From Schmidtea polychroa (taxonomy: Eukaryota), in NCBI GenBank assembly GCA_044892525.1, contig CM097885.1, positions 39,620,001 to 39,684,000 on the forward strand: a stretch of DNA of 64,000 bases, given 5' to 3'. This document shows positions 41,201 to 54,820 of the stretch, piece by piece; positions within the stretch are counted from its first letter, which is position 1, and each line of letters begins with the position of its first letter. Under the pieces are notes generated by a model, which was not told the DNA's origin, did no database searches, and was given only the letters and a program-made list of their open reading frames with translations. The translations under genes were made by a program, and so were the position numbers.

Positions 41201-43442
41201 GAAAATGAAGATTCACTAGAAAAATTGAATTAGTGATTTAATATTTTTCTTGGATTTGTTGATTTATATTAAGGAATTTAACATTTCTAAACAAATCTTC
41301 TTAATCTTTTATTGTTTTATGATTTAATTAAAAAAATGGAATCACTTTTCAACTTAGGAGACCATATATTTACCTATTTAAGAGGAAATTTTCAAAAATG
41401 TTATAATAATCTTGCATTAATAATGGATTTGAGAGCGATTCAACTATTTATAGTTGTAAATCAACGAGAAAGTAATCTACAAGTACAGAAAATGACTGAC
41501 ATTAATTAACATATGATAAATACCACGAAAGCAAGAAATTAGAGCACCTATGGATTGTAATGGGTTTTCTATGGGGTCGCTAACCTATAGTATAAGTTTT
41601 TATTACTGGATCTAAAATTCAAAATTAATCCATTCCTTGAGAGGTTAAAAGCAGTAAATAAATTGTTAAATAACAATGATTGTTAAATTTAACGGCTAAT
41701 TTCGTAGCTAACAGTGTATTATTAATACGTGTATAAATCAAATAAAAATACTTTCGGTGTATCAAATTCTAAAATTTATTAACAGGTTTTAAGGTTACTA
41801 AAAAATTTTTTAAATTTTATTTATTAAAATTTCAGAAGCACAAAAATGTACTGAAAAACGCACATATTTCAAAATGTTGAACTCTCGTACTGAATCTCAT
41901 AAAAATGTACTGGATTCAGTACAATTGTACTGAAACGGTAGCACTGCCTGTTTGCCAGATATCAGAAAAGCGAGTTATTGCGTGCTTTAGACTTAAAAAT
42001 CCCGTGGTACAAGTGCAACACTGGTACAAGAGCACATTGAAGATTAAACGCAACAGCACTAACAGAATAATTAGAGATGGTTTGAGAATAATTTTATGAA
42101 TTATTATAAATTAATTGATTATTTTTAGTTTTATTTTTAGTGTTATTAAATGGTATTTTCAGCCGAAATCACTCATAATTTGTGGAAGTTTACGATTTGT
42201 CGTTGAGCCGCATTCATAGCAGTCTTGTGCCGCTGGTTGGACAAGCCTGTTATACAGTCAACTAAAAAAAATATTCACTATATCGTAATTATTATTTTTA
42301 ATGGTGTCTTGAATAATTTCATATTTTTTTTAATTAATATAAGTGTAATCTAGGTACGCTATTTTGTCACAGTTGGTTGAAACATATATGTTGAGAGTTT
42401 GAGAGTAATGATCAAATGCTTCAATTCATTCCAAACGAAACCGAGAATTTCTGAGGCAAATAATAAAAAGTTTCGTTGACCACTGAACGCATTTATATAT
42501 AAATGCGTATTATATTAAAATCTATATGTACGTAGAGCTCCAGGTAGCATTAAAATTCAGCATATGTAGATCTTTTATAACAAGACTCATGCATATCTTT
42601 TTAGCCTATATCAGTATATCTGATATTTTGGTTAATAATTTTTATTTCTAGAATGCAGAGCCATCCAATATCGCAATATCAAGAAAGACATAGCACTATA
42701 CCTCCTACGACCTTACTGAAGGAGAAACTTATATATAAAAACCTGGAGAATCAGGTAACCGATCAAAGTAGAAAAGGACAAAGGCACTGGTTCTACGGTC
42801 ATTGCTCAGGCATACCCAACAATTTCAAGTTCGACGAGGCCCCAAAACGCCAAATTTTAATAAATACCATGTCAAATAAGTTAATAGTTAACTTTAATAT
42901 TGTTTAATGGCAAAAAAATCGGAATCAACCGAAATTGCTTTATTTTCAATATTTCAATGTTAGTTCATTGAATGTTATCATAAATTTAATTTTAATTATC
43001 TGAGTTTAAAAATTACCAATGAGTTTGAGTCACGGCACATGTATTGGCTTCATTTGCTTCAGTTCATGGAAGACTGATTACCACGAAGCCAGGAAATAAA
43101 TTGATGTGACAGTTTATTGCATGCTTCAATAATATTACAGCCCCTATAAAAAATCTTTCAAAAATTGTTTAGTTAGTTATTTAGTTATAGCAAAAAATAT
43201 CAGTTCTTCTAAATATACTAAATTTTTATAATTTGGATATGAAACCGACAAAATATTTTATATAATTCTAGAAAGCCTGTTATTGCGTAATTAGTTAATG
43301 ACTATAGTATTTATTCATCTATAGATTTGATTTAATATATTGAATATTTTACTTATTTATTTATTATTATTTATTATTATTTACTATAATTTATTATATT
43401 ATAGTATTCGTTACATCTCAAAAGGGGACTCGTAAGCTTATA

Positions 43443-44005
43443 GTTCAATGTTATTTATTTAACAAGAACACCGATGTCAGTGATGCCAAGGAGCTCTGGC
43501 GTTGTGAAAAAAGAACGTGCAAAACACGTCTTCAAACATCTGCAAATGCAATTGTCCTTGAATTTGGAGTTCACAATCACATAGTCACTCGTGGACAAGT
43601 TGAGGTTGAAAAGGCTCGTGTTAACATGAAAATGAGAGCCGAAACAAGTGAAAAATCAACGCGATCGATTGTTCAGAATGAGCGGATGAGTGTTCCTCTT
43701 GCAGTAGCTCATCTACTCCCAAAACACCAAACTTTATCACGAGATGTACGAAGACACCGGCAACTGACTAGACCGAATGATAAACAGGAATAGTGTATTC
43801 TCTGACACAGAGCAACCGTCCACTGATCCGTGTCAACCGAGACAATATGATTTATTTGCAGCAGACGATGATCTTGATTTCCTTTCAAGATGCTAACATT
43901 GATTTGCTGATGGAACATTTCGAGTAGTCCCGAATTTATTTGATAACTCTACACGGTACATGGCTTTCTTAACGGAGAATTTCTTCCTGCAGTCTATGCA
44001 TTACT
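43443..44005 (+). mobile_element. Decayed Mutator-like (FLYWCH + MULE) transposase fragment
   Basis: Manual translation: YLFNK..LWRCEKRTCKTRL..GVHNH (FLYWCH-like), then FADGTFRVVP and TVHGFLNGEFLPAVYAL, with stops and frameshifts. Confidence 0.8.
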
Positions 44006-44330
44006 ATCCGAGAGAACCAAGAAGCATAAATCTCGAACAGAATTGAAGAGAAACTTTATAATTCTCTCTTGTACCAAGTGCTTCAACCGTCAATTGTACT
44101 GGTTTTAAGACACTTAACAATTCCTCCAACTTTTTAATACAGGATTTCAACAATAGATATCGTTCCAACATTGGAGCAATACTGTTCCACCTAGTCTGAT
44201 AATTCAACATGAGATTGAGTTCTTTTCCATGGTCATTTTTAATATATTTTTGAAGCACAGTTTTTTACGGCTATTTTCTTAAACAACTTCACAATTTTTC
44301 GGACATTGTTCGAAACTATCTTAGTGTCTC
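44004..44330 (-). mobile_element. hAT transposase fragment
   Basis: ELNLMLNYQTRWNSIAPMLERYL ... LEELLSVLKPV (TRWNS motif). Confidence 0.75.
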
Positions 44331-44399
44331 CCTGCACTTCCAAAATTTTATTTTTTTAAATTCCCATGTTTTATAATGGTGAAATGAGATGAATGTGAC

Positions 44400-44960
44400 T
44401 GCTTTCTATTTTTGGCAATAACATTTTTGACATGTATTTCCTTCAATAATTATTTTTTATTGCAATCATTGTCGAAAATCCAACTTCGCATATATATAAT
44501 GTTGTGAATGGAAGCAATGATCTTAACACTGCAGTGTGTAAAGTTGGATGTTGTTTAACCCGACGTTAAAGATTAAATTTTACAGCACTATCATCATACA
44601 ACTCAATCAATTCGTCATCCTCTTTCATCGATATATCGGTAATAAAAACACTTTGAAATGGATTTATTACCCGAGTATATTTATCAAAAATTTTCATTTC
44701 TTCATAGAAATAAAAATCTAAATTTTCCATAAGTCTGCCCAAATCTTATTCACTTTCATTGATAAAAGTTTAGAATATATCAAAGCAGTCATATTTACAA
44801 AACTGGACATTATTTTTCACTACAAACGTTTTTTGTAAGAGCTCTTATTTTAACATGAGCTGAAAATATATCGGTTCTATTTTTTCTTATTAATTGTAAA
44901 TTTAATTCGTTCAATTTAGAAAATGTCTACTAAGTCAGCATAACTACATATTTTACATCA
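44400..44960 (-). mobile_element. Decayed hAT (Buster/Charlie-type) transposase C-terminus
   Basis: Minus strand reads DLVDIFSKLNELNLQL and LLPFTTLYICEVGFSTMIAIK (hAT dimerisation motif). Confidence 0.7.
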
Positions 44961-47199
44961 CACAAAGCTGTTGCATACTCATCTTGTTGAATTTTAGAGA
45001 AAGTTCTAACGAAATAACAAACTAATTAAAATTAATTAATCAGCTAATGAAAAACCCGAGTCAATAGGACACATTAGCACTGTGGAAAAACCTAAACGCA
45101 TAGAAAGCTGAGCAGTAATGGAAGCCCGTAAAATTATTAAGTGATTTTTAGAAAAAGCATCAAAAGTGAGCCCGATGAATTGGCTTGTTGTTGAAGCAAT
45201 TAAACCTGAATTTCGGGAATAACTGCTGAACAATAATTTAAATGTTTTTGGAGTGATAGTATAAAAATACCTGCAGAGAAACTAGTCGCCAGTTGATCGA
45301 GGAGAAAATATTTAAAATAATTATTTGAATAGAATTAGAAACGAATCAAGTAGAAGTAAACCAAACGAAAGAAAAAACCTTTCATGTAAACATTAAATCA
45401 ACTTAACGTTCAAGATAACTAACTTCTTGTGAACTAATTAAATTCGGAGAAAAGTGCAAATATTGTGACGAGTTGTAAATTGCATTGAGAATCAATAAAT
45501 TTGTTTTGTGTTTGGTCTCAGTTATTTGATTTATAAGAGACACTAGGGTATATGGAAAATGGGGTTTTTGGAATACAAAATAATGTCAGAAATCCTGCTT
45601 AAGAAATTCAAATAAAACAGAAATTTACAATGCTAACATAAAAATTTCAAGTAATTATCTGTTATGCTCTTTTACGTATAAAATTCTGAGATTTTATAAA
45701 TGTTATTATATTTTTTTTCACCAACTAATACTCCAATATGATCATTCGTTATAATAATAATTATAATACTAATGATACTAATAACACTCATAGAAATAAT
45801 AGTCGGTAATAATTATTACTGATAATCACAATAATAATAATTAATCATTTATCACTTCCATAATAATAATAATTTTATTATAATAATACCCAGTAATTTT
45901 ATAATTATCCATAGTTGTTTTTAAAATAAATTTAATAGGACTCATAATCGTAACAAGAATACAAATAATAATAAAATGATAATAACGATAGCCATAATAA
46001 TTTAATAATAATTAATTTCTTTACGTTTGATTTTTACCCATAGAATTTTAGCTATTTGTAAATTACCCTACTCACTGGTTACTCCACTGCTGCGGGCAGC
46101 TCCAATATTGAAGTACGATATTTGGGGTTTTTAGGACATTAACCACAACTTATTCATTATTTCAATTTGAAATTTTATTTAACAATATATTACTATTCAC
46201 TTTATAAATTACTTATACCGATTCACATATAGTTCTGAGTCGCTCCTTTTTTGTGAACTATTTTATAAACTCTTGAATCACAAGGAGTCAGAAATTAACC
46301 GATTTATTAACCCAACAATATTGCAACTTCTTCGTGAAGTTAAGCAATGCTTGCAAGACTTTGTCTCGCGATATACAGCGAAATTCTGTATGCAAAAGTA
46401 GAAATTTAAATTTAAACTTTGCAGAGTTTTTAAAATAGACATGATTATAATGATTTGTTCTTGATAAAATTTACAATTTCTATAGCAGCAATGAAAACAG
46501 TATTGAGACTTTTTGATATATTTTTGAAAATGTATCAAGTTAGTTAGCACAATTAATAATATTTAATTAATAATAAAAGTTTTTACGACCCATCGTAAGT
46601 CGGTTCACGACACGCACTTTATGGCAAATTAAATTTTTTTAAAGTATTGAAAATCTTTTGGATGAAATATTAAAAACTTTAAAATTATGACGAGAATGAA
46701 ATTTTAAGTGAATGGTGAATTTGTATGAAAGTGTTATTTCAATTATTTTTGAAAAATTTCTCAACGATTTTATTTTATATAATAACAATAGGAGTTAAAT
46801 AGATTTTTATGAGTGTTCATTAAATTTTTGGAACTTATATTTTTATTTAGTAACATGGAGTCAGGCATATTAAATACGATATTACCATCAATTCTTAGTA
46901 ATGGACCTTTCAAATGGATAAAAACTCATGCTCCAGATTTAGTGATCCCGAAACAACCGAACTACAAGTAGTTAATGCTGACAAAGAAAAAATTAAATCG
47001 CCAACAGTGGAAGGCGTTAAGTTTTATCCGAGTACATACTAAAACCATGCGATTAACTCATTCCAGAAACAATAAGTGTATAAGACTCACTAAAATCTAT
47101 ACCAATCAAGAGCTTCATTGTAGAATGCTACACATAAAATTGGTGGACGCAAGTAAAGTAACTTTTAAACTCAGAAACGACTTTGATACTTAAGATCAC

Positions 47200-48460
47200 T
47201 TCCAAAACCATTCCCTGTTCCATCCCAGACACAGAACAAATATTGCAAAATTTCAACCAAATCAAAAAATGCGCCAATAAATTCGTCGACTACAGACCAA
47301 CGCCAACCTTCCTTAATCTGACTCTTTCACTTTCTTAACTGGATTCAAAATGAAAATCTCATATTCCCTAACCAGAAAACCATAGGCATATCTGATGGTT
47401 GCGTTGAACACAATACTGCCCTCACACTTGTCAATGAACGTGCTATTCGCAACAAAGAAGATCTCTTTATTATCTGACTTGATCTCATTAACGCATTTGA
47501 TAATATCCCCAATGACCTCATTTGTCTGCATGGGTCTAAACTCCAAACAATCAAATTACTGACTGAAATGTAGTCATCTTGTTCTAGCTACTGCAACTAG
47601 CCAAAACATCCCTGTAAACAAATGTGTTAAACCGTGAAACGCCCTTTCCATGACCCTCCTCAGCCTCTTTACTACATTTTCCAAAACATTCTTGCTGACT
47701 TCGTCTTCATTCTTGATGAATACAATGTCTCATCATGGCCAATGCTGATGAAACTGTCCTAGAAACATAACATGGCCCAGGACTTCAACTGTCCAAAATC
47801 GATCAAGAAACTTGGTTTTGACCAAAAAATCAAAACCCTCATTAAGTCCACCCTTCAAAACATACACTGTAACCTCAACAACATTTTCTATGCACACTGC
47901 TCTCTTTGCGGCCTTGACCTTCCATACTGCCCTCCTTATCAAATAGACCGTAACTGACAAAACTACAAAAATCGAGTTAGAGGCGTCAACTGTATGCAGT
48001 TGCAATTAACCTTCATTCTGCTTAGCGATAAGACCGTATCTAGTCCGAGGCCTTAGAAATTTGATTACTTACATCGACCGTATCTGCTCATGGCGGTGGT
48101 ATGCTTAGCAATAAAACCGTACAGCAGTTACGGTTTTTTTTTATTTTTGCAGTTACGGTCTATTTGATAAGGAGGGCAGTGTAGATCTTCCTCGCATGGT
48201 CACTTCCCAAGATTCTTCACTGCGTAACTTTGTCATATCTGAGTTGTCAAAACACGCTTCTCTAATCAAGAAACTATCCTTGAAACTGCTCTGAAATAGC
48301 TGAACTTTGACATTAAAGGCAACAAATCACAATTCGATAAAGTCCGCTCATCAATATCCGTGAGATTTTCGGGATTAATATCCGAATGTATATAATTGGT
48401 AATTGGTCCAACTTTTTCTATGTACACTGCTCTCTTGGCGGCCTTGACCTTGTACCTTCC
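47200..48460 (+). mobile_element. Old, internally deleted relative of the R2-like retroelement at 27804-32082
   Basis: WIQNENLIFPNQKTIGISDGCVEHNTALTLVNERAIRNKEDLFII*LDLINAF (from ~47340) aligns with WIKLGNLLSNNQKAICAPDGCAEHNFTLHLVKDAAIRNKTDLHIIWLDIPDAF. GFDQKIKTLIK..CNLNN and SQDSSLRNFVISELS match the thumb region. Confidence 0.85.
47925..48181. mobile_element. Tc1/mariner-type MITE inserted in the decayed retroelement
   Basis: ~32-bp TIRs ACTGCCCTCCTTATCAAATAGACCGTAACTG / CAGTTACGGTCTATTTGATAAGGAGGGCAGTG; TA on the right, CA on the left. Confidence 0.8.
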
Positions 48461-49425
48461 ATTGGCGATAATAGTCAATAATTAACAATTGGTCCAACAA
48501 AATGACTACTTAGAATAAAGGTAAACTTGGTTGGGAGAAATATTTACTACTGAAACGTGCACGTTTTGGGATCAAATTATACTTTTAATGCGAAAAATCT
48601 GGCTGTGTTTATTTGTTCCTAATTTATATCCTAACAACCGAAACAAAAATGACCTTAAGTTCTATCAAAATTCTAGTATTAAAACCAATATGATAAAACT
48701 CAAATTCCAATATTTTCAAACAGCTGTGATTCAATTTATACATAAAAAATTCAGATAACTAGCTTTTAAAAATAAACTTATAAAAATTATTCGAAAAAAA
48801 TTCAACGCTTCGATTGTCATTTTCAGTGAATATTATTTTCTTATTTTTATTTTTATAATAATGAGTTACAATTTTTTAGCTATTTTATTAATTTCTTTTA
48901 AAAATTTATCTATGTGTTGGGCTAGAACTGATTCCTAGACTCAAAAAACTCTAATTTGTGACTAAAGTGCGTTGGTACATAGCACTCAAATAGCAATAAG
49001 TTCAGTTAAATATGAAAAATACACCAAATAAACAATATTAATTAAGAGGAAAAACAACAAAAATATAAACACAGAAATTAAATAAAATGATACGAGGCCT
49101 TTGGAGGAAGAAGGACCGGCATCCGCAGCACCTAATTTCATTTTGCAACGGAAAGTGGAAGACATGACAAGGAACAACACCGTATATATAAAAATGACAG
49201 TAAGAAGAGAGGGGAAAGGCAGAACGGAGTAACCAAAGAGAATAAATTTGTATATAATAAATTATAAATATCGGTGTATATATCCAGTAAAATTTTATAT
49301 AATATTCGTAGAAACCTTAAATGTCGTAATGGTAAAATTAAGCGGAAAATCGAAAAAATGATAACTGAATAACAAACGAAAAAAAATTTACAACATCAAA
49401 TTAATAATATCATTATTTAGATAAA

Positions 49426-49776
49426 ATGACACAAAAAAGAACCGAAACCCCAAATAATGCCACAACACAAATCAACAAAGAACACAGAGAGAAATGGAAT
49501 AAAGTAATGATCCAATTAACAAACCAAACCCGAAACTACATCGAAGAGGCTAGAGAATGGGAGAACCATCAATTCCAATGGCTAGTACAAAACCTAAGAA
49601 CAGAGGCGGAGGCCTGTAAAAGAGCCGCCAAGTGCTCGGCGTTAGAAAATACTCGACAAGAGGCACATAAGCATTACTTAAAACAGCTAGTGCGGGAATC
49701 GAGGAAAAGGCTAACAGACGAAAATCAAAAACGAGAAATAGAAAAACAAAGGAAGAAAGGAAAACCAACCAGCTAA
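49426..49776 (+). CDS. Hypothetical 116-aa charged, helical protein
   Basis: ATG-initiated ORF with protein-like composition in AT-rich background; no recognised motif. Confidence 0.3.
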   Translation: MTQKRTETPNNATTQINKEHREKWNKVMIQLTNQTRNYIEEAREWENHQFQWLVQNLRTEAEACKRAAKCSALENTRQEAHKHYLKQLVRESRKRLTDENQKREIEKQRKKGKPTS

Positions 49777-49859
49777 TGGCAGAAGCCAGAAAATGGAAAC
49801 GGCAACACAGAGACCTCGATGTCTATTAAAACTATCTTCAAGTCTGAATCAATTCAGGG

Positions 49860-50091
49860 ATTTAGGGCACCACTTACAATAAATACGATAAATCATATCT
49901 ATGAAGGGATGTTTCATGAGGGGATCAGAATTACTTATATCAATTAATCCAGTTTCGTCGTAACTTAAAACATTATTTGAATAACCTGGGTTTTGTCGCT
50001 CAAATTTCGCGATATTTGCTAATTTCATTGGCATATCTGCCTGGTTATATATCAGATCTAAAAGGTTATTAGAACAAAGCAGATGACGCAA
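49860..50091 (-). mobile_element. Polinton/Maverick-type DNA polymerase B N-terminal fragment
   Basis: DMPMKLANIAKFERQNPGYSNNVLSY resembles the FP..L.DI.KFE.QN..ISINV motif of Polinton polB. Confidence 0.5.
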
Positions 50092-50419
50092 ATCATCAGC
50101 AGTACTATCATATCCAAAAAAATTTCGTCCTCGAAATATATGTTTTAGACCTCTACGAAAATTTAAAATATTTTATATAAGATTTTATTTATTTAACATC
50201 CTTTCACTGATTAAATTAAACAATACTCCACTCCGACAGAATAAATTCTGTAATCAGAAGAATTGCTTTAATTTAAAAAATAACTGCTTAATTCATTAAT
50301 TGTGATTTATACAATGTTCATTGTTTAACAAAATCTGGATCATTGTAGACTTATTACTATACATAGGAAGAGCAATTTGGGATTTATTTTATAAACAAGG
50401 AAAATATTCTTTAAAAAAT

Positions 50420-50665
50420 TAAAGAGTTACCATTGTCTGCTAAAACTGCAAAAAATAAGTCAAAATGTCTTCGAATATAGCTAATCAGCGAATCGAAGAT
50501 CTTAAACTGGTTTCAGCTTTGTCATAAATAATATAGTGCAAATTTCACTTTCTGTTCAATTTATTTCGTCTATGGGTCCTAAAGAAGAACATTTAGGATT
50601 ATTACAACTGAAAGGTCAATCACGTGGGGAGGATATTGCAAATGCTGTCATGGAATGCAAGGAGA
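50420..50665 (+). mobile_element. hAT (Charlie/GTF2IRD2-like) transposase fragment
   Basis: LPLSAKT ... QISLSVQF..KEEHLGLLQLKGQSRGEDIANAV. Confidence 0.65.
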
Positions 50666-52594
50666 AACCTATTCTATTCGATAGTGTAAAATTCGGGACT
50701 TACCCACCAAATCTTTCACCAAGCCCATTCTTATCATACAGCGCTGAGAAACAATTAGATCCAGCGTGTGTTCTTTTCCTGAGGACGGTTCGAATAACCG
50801 ATTTCTGTGCTTTAGCAACAGCGGCATTTTGGGGAAACTCAATTAACAAATTGTAGATATCTTGTGCACAATAAATATATTTGTGGAAAACCAATAAACG
50901 TTGTTATTTTAGTTAATCCATATTATTATTTATACACGCTATTTATCTTTTAGATTCAGATAAATTAGTAACTGTGTTAGGTATCTTTATCCACCAGATC
51001 AATCCTAACAATAGCATACCGACTTAAGTCTTATTTAAAAAAACCACTCAGTTTTGACGTAACAGAATTGAATTTCTCTCCCTTTACTATTGACATTGGC
51101 GCTTTTGAAATGTAATTTCTGGAGTTTAAAAAACAAAGAATTGTGGAATTCGAAATTTGAACGCCTTAATGCTGATCTGCAAAAATTAAGTCAGAAGAAA
51201 ATAGTAATACCATGAAGGACTCAGATAATTTTCTTTATCAAAATAAATAGTGAAACTCAAGGAGACATTATTTTCGAGCCAAATAGGAAATTCGAAAGGG
51301 CCTGTCAATAAAGGGCGACAATACAAATGAAATGTCAACTAATATTAACAATTTCTATGAAAAAAAAATTAAAGAAGTTGTGGCCCATGATGGGCAAAGA
51401 CTTAATCATATTACATACTCTAGTTCTCCCAATATATTGAGATTATTTAACCATTGACTGCAGAAATTGTACAAATTTCTTAATTCATAAATTAAATAGA
51501 AGATTATTTTGTTTGGTAAATAATTTTAAATAAAACACGGTTAAAAGATATAATTCTGAGTTTAAAAAATAAAAGACAAAAATAATGAGCAGTAATAAAA
51601 TTAAAAATTCATTTTAAAATTGAAATTAACTTAGGAATTGGATTATTCATGTCCAATAAATATTTTAAATTTTACAATATTCAGCTTTGCCTTTATTCAT
51701 TAATTGAGGAAAATGTCAAAATGTAATTCAAGTAAACTTTTGTACTAAGTGGTAATTTATTTATTAATTAATTTGGATTTGGTGAAAATTGACTAGCTTT
51801 ATGTGAAGATCTCAAATTGATTTATAAGTGATTATATGACATTAATAATAAATTGATTCATGAATTGTTAATTTGTAAATTATGATTGAATTTATCATAA
51901 ACTAAAATCATTCGAAAAATCACAATAAACTAAAATAAATCTAAATCATACCTTGAAATACATAAATCCCTTCTGTATTTCCTAAGGTGTATACATCAAT
52001 AGATAAAGCTCTTAAATGAAACGTAATAAAAATTTGCAAGATATAGTATGTTCATTTTCAATATCTCAAGATTATATTCAAAATTTACAGATAGCATTCC
52101 AAACTGTATCATTTAAATTGTTCCCTCTTCAAGTTTCTATATATTTTATTTTATAACTTGAAATTATGACAATTTAAAATTTACTTACGTGTGATTGTCA
52201 TTATTTGACTAACAATTTTTTTCTACAATAAATATTATAAAATAAACGATTTGCAAGATGCCCATTATTCAGATAAGTTTTAAGAACTTCAACTTAAATT
52301 CCTTTTATTTAATAAAACAATAATATTTATTAGATGAATTTAATGATAAAATTATCTTTAATATAAATAGAGTAACTTCTGGTTATAATAAAATGTCATT
52401 TGCTAGAAATATTTTATTATAACCAGATTTCATAACAGCCGATTTTATTTAAATGAAGTGTACAGTACCATAATGAACTATTACCACACTAATTTTACAA
52501 TATATCCAATTTTTATAATATTCGATTTTACTGTGTCCGAAAGATACTGTACTTATATTAAATAGATTTTAACAGTAAATATTATATAGAATAT

Positions 52595-53349
52595 TGTTAG
52601 GGTTAGTACAAAAACCAAAAAGAGGGTATGTGTAACAAATATGGTAAAATCAATAAAAGTACCAAATTAATCATAATTTACCAAAATTTAAAAATCAAAT
52701 TTGAACGAGTGAAACGGGTATAGTTGAACTCCAAATTGAAAGACAAATTTAGAAATTATAATGAAAACTTAATGAGTAGTTCATAGGGAAAGTTTTAACG
52801 AAAAAACAAATTAATTAAAATTAATTAATTTGGAATGGGAAATCTGAGCCATAAGGAAGTCCGAGCCCATAGGAAACCCTAGAGCAGTTACACCCAATCG
52901 ATTAGAAAATGAAGGGATTTCGCCTGAGCACCAATCTGGGACAAACAAATTTAAGTCATTTGAAAACCCTCAAAAGTTTACCTAAGATTCCTTAGAGATA
53001 ATTGTTTGCAATAATCTTAATATTGCAGATAATTGCCCTTTCAGATAAAGTATAGAAAGAGAGGTCAAAAACAGACAAGTCGCCAGTTGGTCGAAGAAAC
53101 AAGAGAGAAGTTTGGCGAATAAGGCAATGAGCGATTGAAGGACGAAATCTAGTAATTGAAAGTAAATTTATATTCTCGTTCAAGAAAGGGTGATTGCCCT
53201 TAGGTTGTCTACCTTAGCGAGCGATATTTAATCAGAGAGAAAGGTGCAAATCTAGTGATGAATTTTAATTTTCATGATTGAAGTTAAATAAAGTTATTCT
53301 GTGTTGGGTCTTTCAACTTATGTGAATCGTCGTCTAAAGTTTGACAACA
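52595..53349 (+). mobile_element. Possible solo LTR
   Basis: TGTT...AACA ends, AATAAA ~60 nt before the 3' end, purine-rich interior; no TSD found. Confidence 0.3.
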
Positions 53350-53734
53350 TCTTTCTTATTATTATCTCATTAAGAGACTGTTAATTATTATGATTTTTGT
53401 TATAATTTTATTAATTCTTGACAAGTATAAATGTTGGGTTTTTAGTTTATTTAAGTCGTTAACCTCTGACTCCTCGTGTCCTTTTAATCAAACAATGAAC
53501 TACCCAACGACCCTTTCTAACCATTTTCTGATAAATCCTCGTTATTCGTCGTTATCCCTTTTAGTTTCATTTTCCATTGTTTCAAATCTCTGCAATTCAT
53601 TAATTTCCTGATCAATTTATCCTGTGTCATCTACGACTTCAGTTTTAATCTCCATTGTCTCTACATTATCATTATCCGTTTCCTCATAATAAATATTTCC
53701 AAACAGGGTGAATTTATCAGCTCATTTTATCAAC

Positions 53735-53825
53735 AACATTTATACCATGACATTTTGTCCACGACATTTTGATCAGGACATTCTGTCCGCGACATTAAGT
53801 CCGGTGACATTTTGTCCGGCCACCG
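53735..53825. repeat. ~14-bp tandem repeat (GACATTTTGTCCNC), probable DNA-transposon subterminal repeats
   Basis: 5-6 imperfect copies ending in GGCCACCG. Confidence 0.6.
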
Positions 53826-54259
53826 TAACCTTATTTATAAAATTTTAAACTTCAAGCGATTGCGGTCTAAATCAAGTAAATACCAAATATTATCAACATA
53901 CCTCTTTTTCAAACCATTAGGAAATTACTTTCATTGAAAAAAGCATATATTCGAGTATTGTATAGTTCAACAGAACTCTTAAAGAATATTAATTATTCCC
54001 ATATCTCTGATGTGCAAATTGAAATAAATAAAACAATATCTTCTTTATTCAATAATCAAATATGTAATGTGCAAATTCAAAGAAACAAAACAATCTCATC
54101 TTCATCTAATAACAATGAAACTACACCTCTGACTTTATTAATCATTATCCTCAGCACGATATCAATTTTCATCGTTTTTCTTCTCACACTACTAGTGTAT
54201 ACTTTACGCTATAATACACTATAAAACTATAAATATATAATTAATAAATGTTTAATAAT

Positions 54260-54335
54260 GCGTCTGACTTCGAATCAGAAGATTGCAGGTTCGAGTCATG
54301 CCAGGGTCGTATTATTTTTGTCATTCTTGTTAATT
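54260..54335 (+). pseudogene. 5'-truncated orphan of the tRNA-Arg array unit
   Basis: GCGTCTGACTTCGAATCAGAAG...CCAGGGTCG plus 25 nt of the array 3' spacer; T-stem substitution (GTCATGCC). Confidence 0.92.
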
Positions 54336-54677
54336 GGGAGGTTGTAAATCTCGATTCCACCGATTGCGTATCTCAATTGCATACTTCAACAGAGTGCATA
54401 ATATTAAAATTTTTAATGAAAGCTTTAAAGGTGATCCCGTAAATCATCTAACCACACTGCAAACAGGTACGCGAATATTATTGCCTACATTAAGAAAAGC
54501 ACTGTCACAAATTCTTAATTCAGCTCTTCAAGTTTCGTATCTTGAAAGAAGGTGGAAAAGTAATCACACCAATCGTCTCTTACCTCCGAATTAATTCATT
54601 CCATTGCTTAACAAACTCGTTTTCTGAAGTGACTTGACGGAATTTGAATGGAAATTTGTCCATCAAGATCTGAGAGT

Positions 54678-54820
54678 CTAAATATTAGAATTAACAAGAA
54701 TGATAAAAAATTGCACCCTGGCAAGACTCGAACCTGCAATTTCCTGATTCGAAGTCAGATGCCTTATAAATTGGGCCATATGGTCTTTAAATACATTTTC
54801 GAATTTAATTAACCTAAAAC
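54678..54820 (-). pseudogene. Diverged orphan array unit with full-length tRNA-Arg(UCG)-like sequence at 54713-54785
   Basis: Reverse complement matches both spacer flanks and the tRNA; D-loop GG lost (AATTTATAA) and acceptor stem disrupted. Confidence 0.9.

Noticed and set aside
39118..42907. Short 60-85 aa ORFs in AT-rich DNA
   Set aside because: No motifs, mostly non-ATG starts, lengths compatible with chance.
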